This document shows positions 55,797-64,000 of a stretch of 64,000 nt of DNA, one piece after another (position 1 is the stretch's first letter; every line of letters begins with the position of its first letter). The DNA lies in assembly GCF_002087085.1 (NCBI RefSeq), contig NZ_MWQY01000013.1:62001-126000 (forward strand), in the 5' to 3' direction. The notes below the pieces were generated by a model. The model saw only the letters and a program-made list of their open reading frames with translations, was not told the origin of the DNA and made no database searches. The position numbers were made by a program, and so were the translations under genes.

Positions 55797-56834
55797 ATGA
55801 TAGTGATGCTGGTGGTTTTTCTTGTCATCGTTCTTCTCTTTATTCTTTTCCTCAGACACGCGGGAGGGGGAAGTTTTCCCTGGATTCACTTTTATACCAA
55901 AGGCAAGGAATCGGGCTTCTCTTTCCGGGAGATTAATCTTCTGCGCAAGGTGGCGGTCCATAACCATCTGGATAACCCTATTTCCCTTTTCTGGTCGATT
56001 CGTCAGCTCGATCGTTCGATCAGGGGAGTCATGCTGCGTTTCAGAACGGAGGGACGGGAAAATGACGAAAGCAGCATCCTCTTCATAAACAAGCTCTTTG
56101 ATTTCCGTAAAAAGGTTGAACTCTCTCTGCCGAAGTATACCCTCGGTCTCAAGACAACCAGAAAACTGACGACTCACCAACGTTTAAAAATAACCCTTCC
56201 CGGGGTCGGAACCTACAACTCCTCGGTGGTGGAGAACCTGCGGCGCTACATGGCTATCTCCTATCCTGAAGGTCCGAAGCTTCCTCCCGGGGCAAGCTGG
56301 AGGGGACAGAAAATTAATGTCTATTTCTGGCGGGCAGAGGATGCCGGGTATGTTTTTGAAACAAAGGTGCTGGAAGACTTTATCGAACAGAAGTACCCGA
56401 TTCTCCATGTCGCCCACTCGGACAATCTGATCCGCAGTCAGAAGAGGCGCTCGGTGCGGGTGGAGGTCCGGAAACCGGCCTTTCTCTATCCCCTGTCGTC
56501 GATCTCCCAGGCCAACGAAAACGAAGAGCAGACCAGCGGTCTGCGCTGCCGGCTGATAGATGTTTCAGAAGACGGAGCCGCAGCCCTGGTCGGCGGACGC
56601 GCAAAGGTCGGACTTGCTGTGAAGCTGCAGTTCAAGCTGACCAGTACCACCATTGTCATGTGCGGCGTCGTAAAGGGTGTTACCTATAATCAGAAAAAAA
56701 ACCAGTCTGTGCTGCATATCCAGGCGGTACCCTTGAGTCTGCGTCAGCGGAACAGAATGCTCTCCTATGTCTATAACATCTTTCAGGAACGGGAGCCCAA
56801 GGCCCGGCCGAGAACGGTACCGGCGTATGGCTGA
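55797..56834 (+). CDS. membrane-anchored flagellar-brake-like PilZN-PilZ protein
   Basis: N-terminal TM, QKRRSVRV (RxxxR) and DVSEDG (DxSxxG). Confidence 0.85.
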   Translation: MIVMLVVFLVIVLLFILFLRHAGGGSFPWIHFYTKGKESGFSFREINLLRKVAVHNHLDNPISLFWSIRQLDRSIRGVMLRFRTEGRENDESSILFINKLFDFRKKVELSLPKYTLGLKTTRKLTTHQRLKITLPGVGTYNSSVVENLRRYMAISYPEGPKLPPGASWRGQKINVYFWRAEDAGYVFETKVLEDFIEQKYPILHVAHSDNLIRSQKRRSVRVEVRKPAFLYPLSSISQANENEEQTSGLRCRLIDVSEDGAAALVGGRAKVGLAVKLQFKLTSTTIVMCGVVKGVTYNQKKNQSVLHIQAVPLSLRQRNRMLSYVYNIFQEREPKARPRTVPAYG

Positions 56835-56848
56835 AAAGAGAGGAGCGG

Positions 56849-58057
56849 ATGAAGAATAAACTGTACCTGCGTCTTTTTTTCGCCCTTGGAATCCTGCTCT
56901 GGGCGGGGATGTTTCTGTGCGCCCAGGAAGCTGAAGAAGATCCTCTGGTGGGCGCATTCCGGGAGAATTTTTCCCGGGCCAATGATGAGACAAAACTGGA
57001 TATCCTGCGGGATTCCGTCAATTACGGCTCCGATCAGATGGGCCCGCTCTATCGCCAGGCCCTGGAATACGTGGTGAATAATTCTGACAATCTTGTCCAG
57101 AACGTCCGGCTGCAGCAACTGGCCCTGGTCTCCGCTCAGCTTGCCGGACTGTCCGGCTATAAGCCCGCCGCTGTGCCCCTGTGGGAACTCTTCGAGGTCT
57201 ACAGCGAAACCGGGGTTCGGATTGCGGTTCTCGACGCATTGAAAGCGCAGAAGCTCGGCAGTGAACAGATCTTCCTGTCCCTGAACCGCTGGATTGAACG
57301 GCAGATCTCGGTATTCCGCGCCGGCGGAGGAATCAATACCCAGGTTGTCTCGGAGGCTGTACTCACCCTTTCGGGATATAGAGATCCGCGAAGTTTTCCC
57401 CAGCTGCTCTCCTTGACGGTCCTTGGCCTCTCCCAGGAAATCAGCTCCCGTGCCCAGGCGGGACTTAATTCTCTGGAGGGAGATTACGCCCGGATGGCCC
57501 GGGAGGTCATTGAGGGCTATCCCCCGGAAGAAAAACTCGTGGCCCTCCGGACCGCTGTAAATCGGGATGATCTGACGGCGGAGCAGCGTGCATCGGTCTG
57601 TATGGCCGCCCTTGAAGTGGGCAATAATCTGGCCGTATCCGATCCAGCCAATGCCGGCACCATCAGGGAACTCAGGGGCCTCGCTGTCAGGGTATTACGG
57701 GAACTCCGCTGGGCAGAGGCCAGCGGCCTGATCATTCAGCATTTTGATCTCTGCATTCAGGAACTGGATCGCGGTATCGGATCAAAATCAGCACTTCTGG
57801 AAGCCATTGCCGCCCTGGGTGCCATGGGTACCCGTGAAGCAGCAGTGCGTCTCGCCTTGTATTTAGATGTTATAAACTCCTTCGTGGAAAACAATCAGGG
57901 ATACGACGAACAGATAACCCTGGCTGTGGTCCGCAATCTCGGGGAGTTGAAGTCAAAGGCGGGACTCAATGCACTGCTCTATCTGGGATACCTGGATTAC
58001 TCAAAAACAATTCGGGACGCGGGGGAAGAAGCCCGCCTCGCGATTCTCGGTCAGTAA
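56849..58057 (+). CDS. exported HEAT-repeat protein
   Basis: Signal peptide and HEAT-like helices (AIAALGAMG, VVRNLGEL). SD GAGGAG. Confidence 0.75.
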   Translation: MKNKLYLRLFFALGILLWAGMFLCAQEAEEDPLVGAFRENFSRANDETKLDILRDSVNYGSDQMGPLYRQALEYVVNNSDNLVQNVRLQQLALVSAQLAGLSGYKPAAVPLWELFEVYSETGVRIAVLDALKAQKLGSEQIFLSLNRWIERQISVFRAGGGINTQVVSEAVLTLSGYRDPRSFPQLLSLTVLGLSQEISSRAQAGLNSLEGDYARMAREVIEGYPPEEKLVALRTAVNRDDLTAEQRASVCMAALEVGNNLAVSDPANAGTIRELRGLAVRVLRELRWAEASGLIIQHFDLCIQELDRGIGSKSALLEAIAALGAMGTREAAVRLALYLDVINSFVENNQGYDEQITLAVVRNLGELKSKAGLNALLYLGYLDYSKTIRDAGEEARLAILGQ

Positions 58058-59480
58058 TCGCCGCTGTACAGCAGATCTTTTCGCCCTCTTCTGGCTTCTG
58101 CTGGCAGCAACTTCAATCTGCACAATTCTTTCCGGTCCCCTCGCGGGGTTCTGGTCTGCCCTGTTTCTGGCCGCCCTGGGGGTCACACTCCGGAGCCGGA
58201 ATATGGTTTTTTATTCTTGTCTCATCCTGATTCTCTCGTTCTTTATCTCCTTTCAGGCAGAAAAGCGGCAGCTATGGATCGGACTTGAAGGTCCGGAGTT
58301 TCTGGAGGTCAGAAGCCTTCGAGATTCACGTCCCGCAGGAGAGGGGTCGCTCCACTTTTTCGAACTGATTCGTGTCTACGATCGCCGGGGAAACAGGGCC
58401 GAAGCCCGGGGGGAGTTTCTCGGATGGAGCCGTGACAGGCTGGATCTTCCCTGGGGGGCGGAACTCCTGGTACGCAGCTCCGGAATACCGGGCAGGGAGG
58501 CCTTCGGCGGACTTGTCACTGTTGAGCCGCAGGATACTGCCGCAGGGGTTTCGGAAGCTTTCAGACTGCGAAATTCCTGGAGGCAGGGACTGCTCTATCG
58601 CCTTGACAGACTTCCGCCTCAGGCCTCGGTATTGATGGAGGCCCTCCTGTTCGGTTCAAAACAGCGGCTTCTGTCTCCCCTGGAGGAGGGCTTTCGTGCC
58701 ATCGGCTGCAGTCATCTCCTGGCGCTCTCGGGGATGCACCTGGCCGTTATCATGGCAGTCGGGGCAGGACTGTTCGGCCTCATCCTGAGGAAACCGGTGG
58801 CCCGCTTTCTCGTTCTGCTAATTCTTCCCTGGTATCTCTTTCTGGTCGGTCCATCTCCGGCTCTTCTGAGGGCTGGGATAATGTTCAGCTGTACCGTTCT
58901 GATTCCCCGGTCCACCCGCAGAATCCGTACCCGGGAGCTGCTGCTGCAGAGCTTTGTGTTTCTTCTTCTTATAAAGCCGGATTATCTTTTTGACCGGGGT
59001 TTTCAGTACTCCTATGCAGCCCTTGCGGGTATGATAAGCCTTACGCCGCTGGTTCTGAAATTCGCCGCCCGCATTCTGCCCTATTCCATAGCTGCCGGTT
59101 TTTCCACCGGTGTATCTGCCTACCTGGGATCATTGCCGGTCTCGTTGCTGGCTTATGGTACAACAAACCCCGCTGGGATTATCGCAACCCTGATTCTTTC
59201 GCCCCTCATCTGGCTCTATCTTGCCGGAGGAATCCTCTTTTTTCTGCTTCCCGGTTCCGACATGGTATACCAGGGGGGGAGGTTATTTTTCTGGCTGCTC
59301 TACAGTGGGATACGGGGAATCGTTGAACTCTTCTCACGTGCTTCTCCCTTTACTCTGTTGCCGGTCCCGGCCGCTGTTCTGGCACTGGGAGCAGGACTTG
59401 TCATTACGGTGCAATTGATCTATTCCTGCCTCCGCTTTACAATGCCCGAACCTGACGGTCGGGAGGCATGGAGTGAGTGA
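57969..59480 (+). CDS. comEC: ComEC/Rec2 competence protein (start uncertain; no beta-lactamase domain)
   Basis: G.SHLLALSGMHL, LRAGIM and GFQYSYAA, with many TM helices. Confidence 0.85.
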   Translation: MHCSIWDTWITQKQFGTRGKKPASRFSVSNRRCTADLFALFWLLLAATSICTILSGPLAGFWSALFLAALGVTLRSRNMVFYSCLILILSFFISFQAEKRQLWIGLEGPEFLEVRSLRDSRPAGEGSLHFFELIRVYDRRGNRAEARGEFLGWSRDRLDLPWGAELLVRSSGIPGREAFGGLVTVEPQDTAAGVSEAFRLRNSWRQGLLYRLDRLPPQASVLMEALLFGSKQRLLSPLEEGFRAIGCSHLLALSGMHLAVIMAVGAGLFGLILRKPVARFLVLLILPWYLFLVGPSPALLRAGIMFSCTVLIPRSTRRIRTRELLLQSFVFLLLIKPDYLFDRGFQYSYAALAGMISLTPLVLKFAARILPYSIAAGFSTGVSAYLGSLPVSLLAYGTTNPAGIIATLILSPLIWLYLAGGILFFLLPGSDMVYQGGRLFFWLLYSGIRGIVELFSRASPFTLLPVPAAVLALGAGLVITVQLIYSCLRFTMPEPDGREAWSE

Positions 59481-60345
59481 CCTGAATCTATGGGACTCGA
59501 AACAGAAGATCCGCGCCCTTTTGGAGGAGAAGGGGATACAACTGAAAAAACGGTTCGGACAGAATTTTCTTCTGGATCCCAATCATCGTCGACGGATACT
59601 CTCCGCTCTGGAGCTCCCGGCGGGAGCAAAGGTGTGGGAGATCGGACCCGGTATCGGTTCTCTGACCCACGGACTCCTCGAAATGACCGGAGATCTGACG
59701 GTTTTTGAGATCGACCACGGTCTGATCCGGATACTGAAGGATCTGTTCGGTTCTTCCATCAGCATTGTGGAAGGAGATTTCCTCAGGACCTTTCGGGATA
59801 CCGCCAGGAATTCTTCCCTTCCCCGGCGGATCATCGGTAATCTTCCCTATTCTTCCGGATCTGTAATGATAGGATCCCTGGTGGAAGAGGATCTTCTTCC
59901 GGATGTAGCGGTCTTTACCCTTCAGAAGGAGGTGGCCGACCGGATGCTTGCTCAGCCGGGAGGAAAGGACTACTCCGCATTCAGTCTTGTCTGTCAGCTC
60001 AGGAACAGAGTGGAAAAGATCTGTGATGTGGGAGGGGCTGCTTTTTTTCCTCCTCCCCAGGTCGTATCCAGTGTTGTACGTCTCCGGCGGCGTCCGGATG
60101 CACCTGAAGGACCCCAGCAGGATTATTTTACCGCCGTCCACGATCTGTTCCGTTCCCGCCGCAAGACTGCCGCCAATAATCTGAAAGGCGGAGGCCTCAA
60201 AAGCCGGTATTCCTGGGAAAGCATGAAAAATGCTGCAGAGCTGTCCGGGCTTGATCTGGGAAGACGGGGGGAGACCTTTTCCAGGGATGAAGTACTCAGC
60301 TTCACCAGGGCTCTTTCGGATTTCCAAAGCCCGGAGGCAAGCTGA
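59473..60345 (+). CDS. rsmA: 16S rRNA dimethyltransferase RsmA/KsgA
   Basis: KKRFGQNFL, EIGPGIGSLT, EID, GNLPY, LQKEVA, FFPPP.V.S and RRKT. Confidence 0.97.
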   Translation: MSDLNLWDSKQKIRALLEEKGIQLKKRFGQNFLLDPNHRRRILSALELPAGAKVWEIGPGIGSLTHGLLEMTGDLTVFEIDHGLIRILKDLFGSSISIVEGDFLRTFRDTARNSSLPRRIIGNLPYSSGSVMIGSLVEEDLLPDVAVFTLQKEVADRMLAQPGGKDYSAFSLVCQLRNRVEKICDVGGAAFFPPPQVVSSVVRLRRRPDAPEGPQQDYFTAVHDLFRSRRKTAANNLKGGGLKSRYSWESMKNAAELSGLDLGRRGETFSRDEVLSFTRALSDFQSPEAS

Positions 60346-60465
60346 GTCCCTCCGCTTTTCCATTAAAAGGGCGGCTCTGAAAATGTGCTTATTCCCATAT
60401 CCTGCGCCGTCAGGATTTCCCGCGGTTCCTTGTACGGAAATACACTGTTTTATAAGGACCTTTCA

Positions 60466-60494
60466 TTGATTTTTCAGCCTTCCTCCTCTATACT
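60466..60494 (+). promoter_or_regulatory. sigma70-type promoter
   Basis: TTGATT, 17 nt spacer, TATACT. SD AGGAG before ATG 60528. Confidence 0.7.
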
Positions 60495-60527
60495 CGACCC
60501 AGCAAAAACAGAAAGCAGGAGAAGGGA

Positions 60528-61391
60528 ATGAAATCCAGGCTTCCTATCTATTTCTTATATTCCGTTATAATTGGTCTGATGCTCTTTGCTTGTGCCTCAA
60601 CCGAAAGTGTCACTGAAGAACCTGCCGCAGCGGAGCCCCTCGAGCGTGAAGAACCGAAGGTGGAGGTGGTTTCGATTCCGGTGCTGCAGAGTGAAATCGT
60701 CTATATGGGCGAAGATGTTCTGGAATCTGAAAAGTCCTACACCTACGAAGGGGAACGACTTGTGTCTGTACAGGTCATGAACTCCTTTGGTGAAAAGATC
60801 GAAGAGATCCGCTACGAGTACGCCGGCGGGGATCAACCTGAAAAACGTTTCGTATACGGTTCCGACGGGAAGCTTTCCTCCATGCGGATATATTCCTACG
60901 ACAGCCGGGGAAAGCTGGTTCGGGAAGAGTTGTATAATCGGAACGAACAGCTGCAGACTATCTCCGAGTACGAATACAACCAGGAAGGTGATCGCCTTCG
61001 CTGGAGCGTAAAGGATGGCGGAGGTTCTCTGATGGCGTATACCGAATACCGGTATGAGGCGGGCAACAATACCCGGATCGACACCTTCTCTGCGGACGGG
61101 GTCCTGCGGGACTATTTTGTACGCAGCTTTGAAGGGAACAAGTTGAAGCTGGAGGAGAAATTTGACGACAAGGGTGCCCCCGCCGGCAGGGTGGAGTATG
61201 ATTATTCCGCCGGACGTCTGGAAAGGAAGGATGTTTTTCGGCCCAACGGTTCTTTGGAACGGAGTGTGGAGTACGAGTATGACGACAAGGGAAGCGTAGT
61301 CAGGGAAACCTATCTCCGTGCCGATGACACGGTGGAACAGCTTATCGTCCGCAGTTTCAGCTATCGTGAAGAAGAACGCCCGATTGAATAG
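60528..61391 (+). CDS. lipoprotein with YD/RHS-like beta-hairpin repeats
   Basis: Lipobox LFAC and repeated YxYxxxG units at about 24-aa spacing. Confidence 0.8.
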   Translation: MKSRLPIYFLYSVIIGLMLFACASTESVTEEPAAAEPLEREEPKVEVVSIPVLQSEIVYMGEDVLESEKSYTYEGERLVSVQVMNSFGEKIEEIRYEYAGGDQPEKRFVYGSDGKLSSMRIYSYDSRGKLVREELYNRNEQLQTISEYEYNQEGDRLRWSVKDGGGSLMAYTEYRYEAGNNTRIDTFSADGVLRDYFVRSFEGNKLKLEEKFDDKGAPAGRVEYDYSAGRLERKDVFRPNGSLERSVEYEYDDKGSVVRETYLRADDTVEQLIVRSFSYREEERPIE

Positions 61392-61439
61392 TATGCGTTA
61401 TAGAGTGTGTAGAAGAGATAGTCGAGGAGAAAGATTACA

Positions 61440-62615
61440 ATGTTGTTGGTAAGAAGAAACCTGCTCGTTTTAGCCCTTGTTCTGTTTTCCCCAATTCTGT
61501 TTGCCAATGAGGTTACCGCCGTCTGGACGCGCCTTTACGGTACCGCCGCGACTACTGAGCAGAAACTGGCTATCATGACAAATATAGTGGAACAGCACAG
61601 TCGCGAAATGATCCCCGTTCTTCAGGACGCCCTGGAACAGGAAGTGAACAACCTTGAGAATATCTCAGGTTCCACCCAGCGTGATCGGGTATACAGCCTC
61701 ATGCGTATGATCGTGGATGAACTTGGGGACCTGAAGGCCACAGCCTCAGCCGATGTCCTGTCCGCGGTTTCCGAGGAGGTTTCCGACCCCTTTCTTCAGG
61801 CCGCCGCCATCAGGGCCCTTGGAAAGATCGGCGCTACAGGGAACGCCCAGGAGATCGCGTTCCGGCTCCGTAATATAAATCTCGGAATAACGGAATTCAC
61901 CGCCAGGGAAGAGGTGGAAACCATTGTTTCCGCCTGCGTGGAAACAATGGAGCTTCTGCGCCGCCCCGTGGGCTTCAGTCCCGTCTTTTTCACCGCCATC
62001 GGCAGGTATAGCGCCCCGGTAATCCAGCGGGCTGAACGGGCCATGGTCAACATGATCGATGACCCCACGGACCTGCTGCTTGAGATTCTGACCTATGAGA
62101 GCGACTTTGCCATCAAGTACCAGGTGCTTCTTGTGGGCGACCGATCGAAAGCCCCGGAGGAACGCAAGGCTTTTCTGGCCAAGGAGGCCCTTGACCAGGG
62201 ACTCAAGTTCGAGACCTCCGATCGCCGGCAGCAGATTTCGTTAAGTAACCTGAGAACCAAGGCCGCCAACATGCTGAAACAGTATGCCGGTGCTGATGAT
62301 GAGGCCTTTATTCTTCTTGATCAGATGGTGAGGAAAAGCTTCTCCATGACCGAGTCTCTTACCGCTCTGGAAGCCCTCGGGGCCTCCGGGAGCGATGCCG
62401 CAGCGAGACTCCTGGCTGCCTATCTCGGCGAACTGAATTCACGGCGAAAAGAGGGATACACCTTCAGTAATGAAAATATTGTTCGTGCTACCATAAACGC
62501 CCTGGGCAATATCGGCAGCCCCATCGGGCGCCCAGCGCTTATCGAGGTGGAGTTTTCCAACTGGTCCGGTGATACCCGCCGGCTCGCCCGCAGTGCTCTG
62601 GATAAACTGAAATAG
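61440..62615 (+). CDS. exported HEAT-repeat protein
   Basis: Signal peptide (LFA-NE), AAIRALGKIG and TINALGNIG. SD GAGGAG. Confidence 0.8.
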   Translation: MLLVRRNLLVLALVLFSPILFANEVTAVWTRLYGTAATTEQKLAIMTNIVEQHSREMIPVLQDALEQEVNNLENISGSTQRDRVYSLMRMIVDELGDLKATASADVLSAVSEEVSDPFLQAAAIRALGKIGATGNAQEIAFRLRNINLGITEFTAREEVETIVSACVETMELLRRPVGFSPVFFTAIGRYSAPVIQRAERAMVNMIDDPTDLLLEILTYESDFAIKYQVLLVGDRSKAPEERKAFLAKEALDQGLKFETSDRRQQISLSNLRTKAANMLKQYAGADDEAFILLDQMVRKSFSMTESLTALEALGASGSDAAARLLAAYLGELNSRRKEGYTFSNENIVRATINALGNIGSPIGRPALIEVEFSNWSGDTRRLARSALDKLK

Positions 62616-62632
62616 AAAACCTTCAGAAAACG

Positions 62633-62673
62633 AAAAAGCGGAGTCTCCATGATCGGAGAACTCCGCTTTTTTT
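62633..62673. terminator. bidirectional intrinsic terminator
   Basis: AAAAAGCGGAGT-CTCC/GGAG-A-ACTCCGCTTTTTTT between convergent genes. Confidence 0.9.
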
Positions 62674-62690
62674 ATTCCACAGCAAATGGA

Positions 62691-63566
62691 CTATAATCCG
62701 AGCTTTTTCATTGCCTTTTCCACAACCTTCCTGCTTTCCGGTTTCAGCGGGACAAGGGGCAGACGGTAGGATTCCCGCATTTTTCCCTGAACTGCCAGGG
62801 CGTATTTAACCGGAACCGGGTTGGTTTCGACGAAGAGGGCTCCGAAGAAGTCCAGCAGAGCGTAATGCTCATTCCTGGCCTCGGCCATATCTCCGGCAAG
62901 CCCTTTGGCAATCATCCTGGAAAGCCTGTCGGGGATAACATTACTTGCGACAGAAACCACTCCCTGCCCTCCAAGAGCTACAAAGGGGAAGGCCCAGGCA
63001 TCATCTCCGGAAAGCACCGAGAAGTCCTCAGGGGATTCCGAGATAATCCTCATTATCTGAGCCAGGGAGCCGGAGGCTTCCTTGATGCCTGCAATGTTGG
63101 GATGTTTTGCAAGCCGCAGGATTGTCTCCGCCTCCACGTTCTGCGCACAGCGGCCGGGAATGTTGTAGAGGATGTGGGGAACCTCAACGGCATCGGCCAC
63201 TGCGGAAAAGTGGGCATAGAAGCCTTCCTGCCCCGGTTTGTTGTAGTAGGGGGCTACCTGCAGCGTGGCATCGGCCCCCAGCTCTACTGCCCGCCGGGAC
63301 ATGTCGATCGCTTCCTGGGTGGCGTTGGAACCTGTACCGGCGATTACCGGGACCCGCTTCTTTGCCTGGTCCACAACGACGCCGATGGCGTGAACGTGTT
63401 CCTCGTGGCTCAAGGTAGCGCTCTCCCCGGTTGTTCCCATGGGTACGAGTCCAGCTACACCTCCGGCGATCTGGGCTTCCACGTGGTCGCGCAGGGCAGC
63501 TTCGTCCAGGCTGCCGTCGCTGTTAAAAGGCGTCACGAGAGCCGTAAAGACTCCTTCAAATTTCAT
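62691..63566 (-). CDS. dapA: 4-hydroxy-tetrahydrodipicolinate synthase
   Basis: ALVTPF, GTTGES, PYYNKP, LYNIPGR, GIKEAS, SGDD and NPVPVK. Confidence 0.97.
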   Translation of the reverse strand: MKFEGVFTALVTPFNSDGSLDEAALRDHVEAQIAGGVAGLVPMGTTGESATLSHEEHVHAIGVVVDQAKKRVPVIAGTGSNATQEAIDMSRRAVELGADATLQVAPYYNKPGQEGFYAHFSAVADAVEVPHILYNIPGRCAQNVEAETILRLAKHPNIAGIKEASGSLAQIMRIISESPEDFSVLSGDDAWAFPFVALGGQGVVSVASNVIPDRLSRMIAKGLAGDMAEARNEHYALLDFFGALFVETNPVPVKYALAVQGKMRESYRLPLVPLKPESRKVVEKAMKKLGL

Positions 63567-63578
63567 CTTGGTCCTCCC

Positions 63579-64000
63579 TTAGCTGGGTAAAATATCGCGG
63601 ATAAAATCATCCACCGAAAAGAAGCCGGTTTTCCCCGAGAGCCACTCGACTCCCCGGACGGCCCCCAGGGCAAAGCCCTTTCGGTTCCGCGCGGTATGGA
63701 TTATTTCTATACTGTCGGCCTCGGAATCCAGGGTAACCTGGTGTATCCCCGGAATGGCTCCTCCCCGTACCGAACCTACATGAAGCTCGTCATCCCGGAT
63801 TGCCCGGTTCAGGGTCTCTGTCTGGATGCTCTTTTTGCGGTCCAGGTTCTGCAGAATCTTTTCGGCAATCGTCAGAGCGGTCCCTGAAGGAGAGTCTTTT
63901 TTTCTTTTGTGGTGATACTCATTCACCATGATGTCGTACTCTTCGATACCGTTTATCAGGGCGGCGGCCCGGCTCACAAGGTCAAAAAAGAGGTTTGCCC
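63579..64000 (-). CDS. dapB: 4-hydroxy-tetrahydrodipicolinate reductase (5' part outside window)
   Basis: EYHHKRKKDSPSGTA, VRGG.IPG.H and H.A..R.GFA.GA. Confidence 0.95.
   Translation of the reverse strand, partial: ANLFFDLVSRAAALINGIEEYDIMVNEYHHKRKKDSPSGTALTIAEKILQNLDRKKSIQTETLNRAIRDDELHVGSVRGGAIPGIHQVTLDSEADSIEIIHTARNRKGFALGAVRGVEWLSGKTGFFSVDDFIRDILPS

Noticed and set aside
60528..61391. RHS toxin system
   Set aside because: It is a short lipoprotein with no RHS core motif, toxin tip or immunity gene.
924..63590. Many long antisense ORFs (e.g. 924-2213, 10863-12089, 18536-20104, 30077-31744, 45830-47611, 50595-52184)
   Set aside because: They lie opposite well-supported genes, have no motifs, and are expected from codon bias in GC-rich DNA.
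1..64000. CRISPR array, IS element, prophage or rRNA
   Set aside because: No regular repeats, transposase or phage motifs were seen, and the intergenic gaps are too short.

Overview
This is a gene-dense, moderately GC-rich chromosomal window from a spirochaete (Spirochaetota). The inference rests on the S21 sequence, a UPF0164 protein, a HAMP-PP2C sensor, two PilZ proteins and the RecJ form. I annotate 49 CDS plus one tRNA-Met(CAT). Recognisable genes are recO, thpR, recJ, rpsU (absent from the ORF track), mutL, a stand-alone dnaE2-like polymerase, an sfsA fusion, a long-chain acyl-CoA ligase, dsbD/tlpA, comEC, rsmA, dapA and dapB. No transposase, integrase, prophage or CRISPR array was seen. 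The main leads are: (1) a 1535-aa protein with a run of motifs resembling the type IX secretion translocon SprA, upstream of two paralogous beta-barrel-like genes, with a PorV/FadL-like UPF0164 gene about 14 kb away; (2) a SelB-like protein lacking the GTPase domain; (3) rpsU with no canonical start codon (ATC); (4) a palindromic SOS-like operator over the dnaE2 promoter; (5) several apparently leaderless genes; (6) apparently inactive DnaQ-, Mrr- and TIR-like domains. All family calls are motif recognition by eye; no searches were run.
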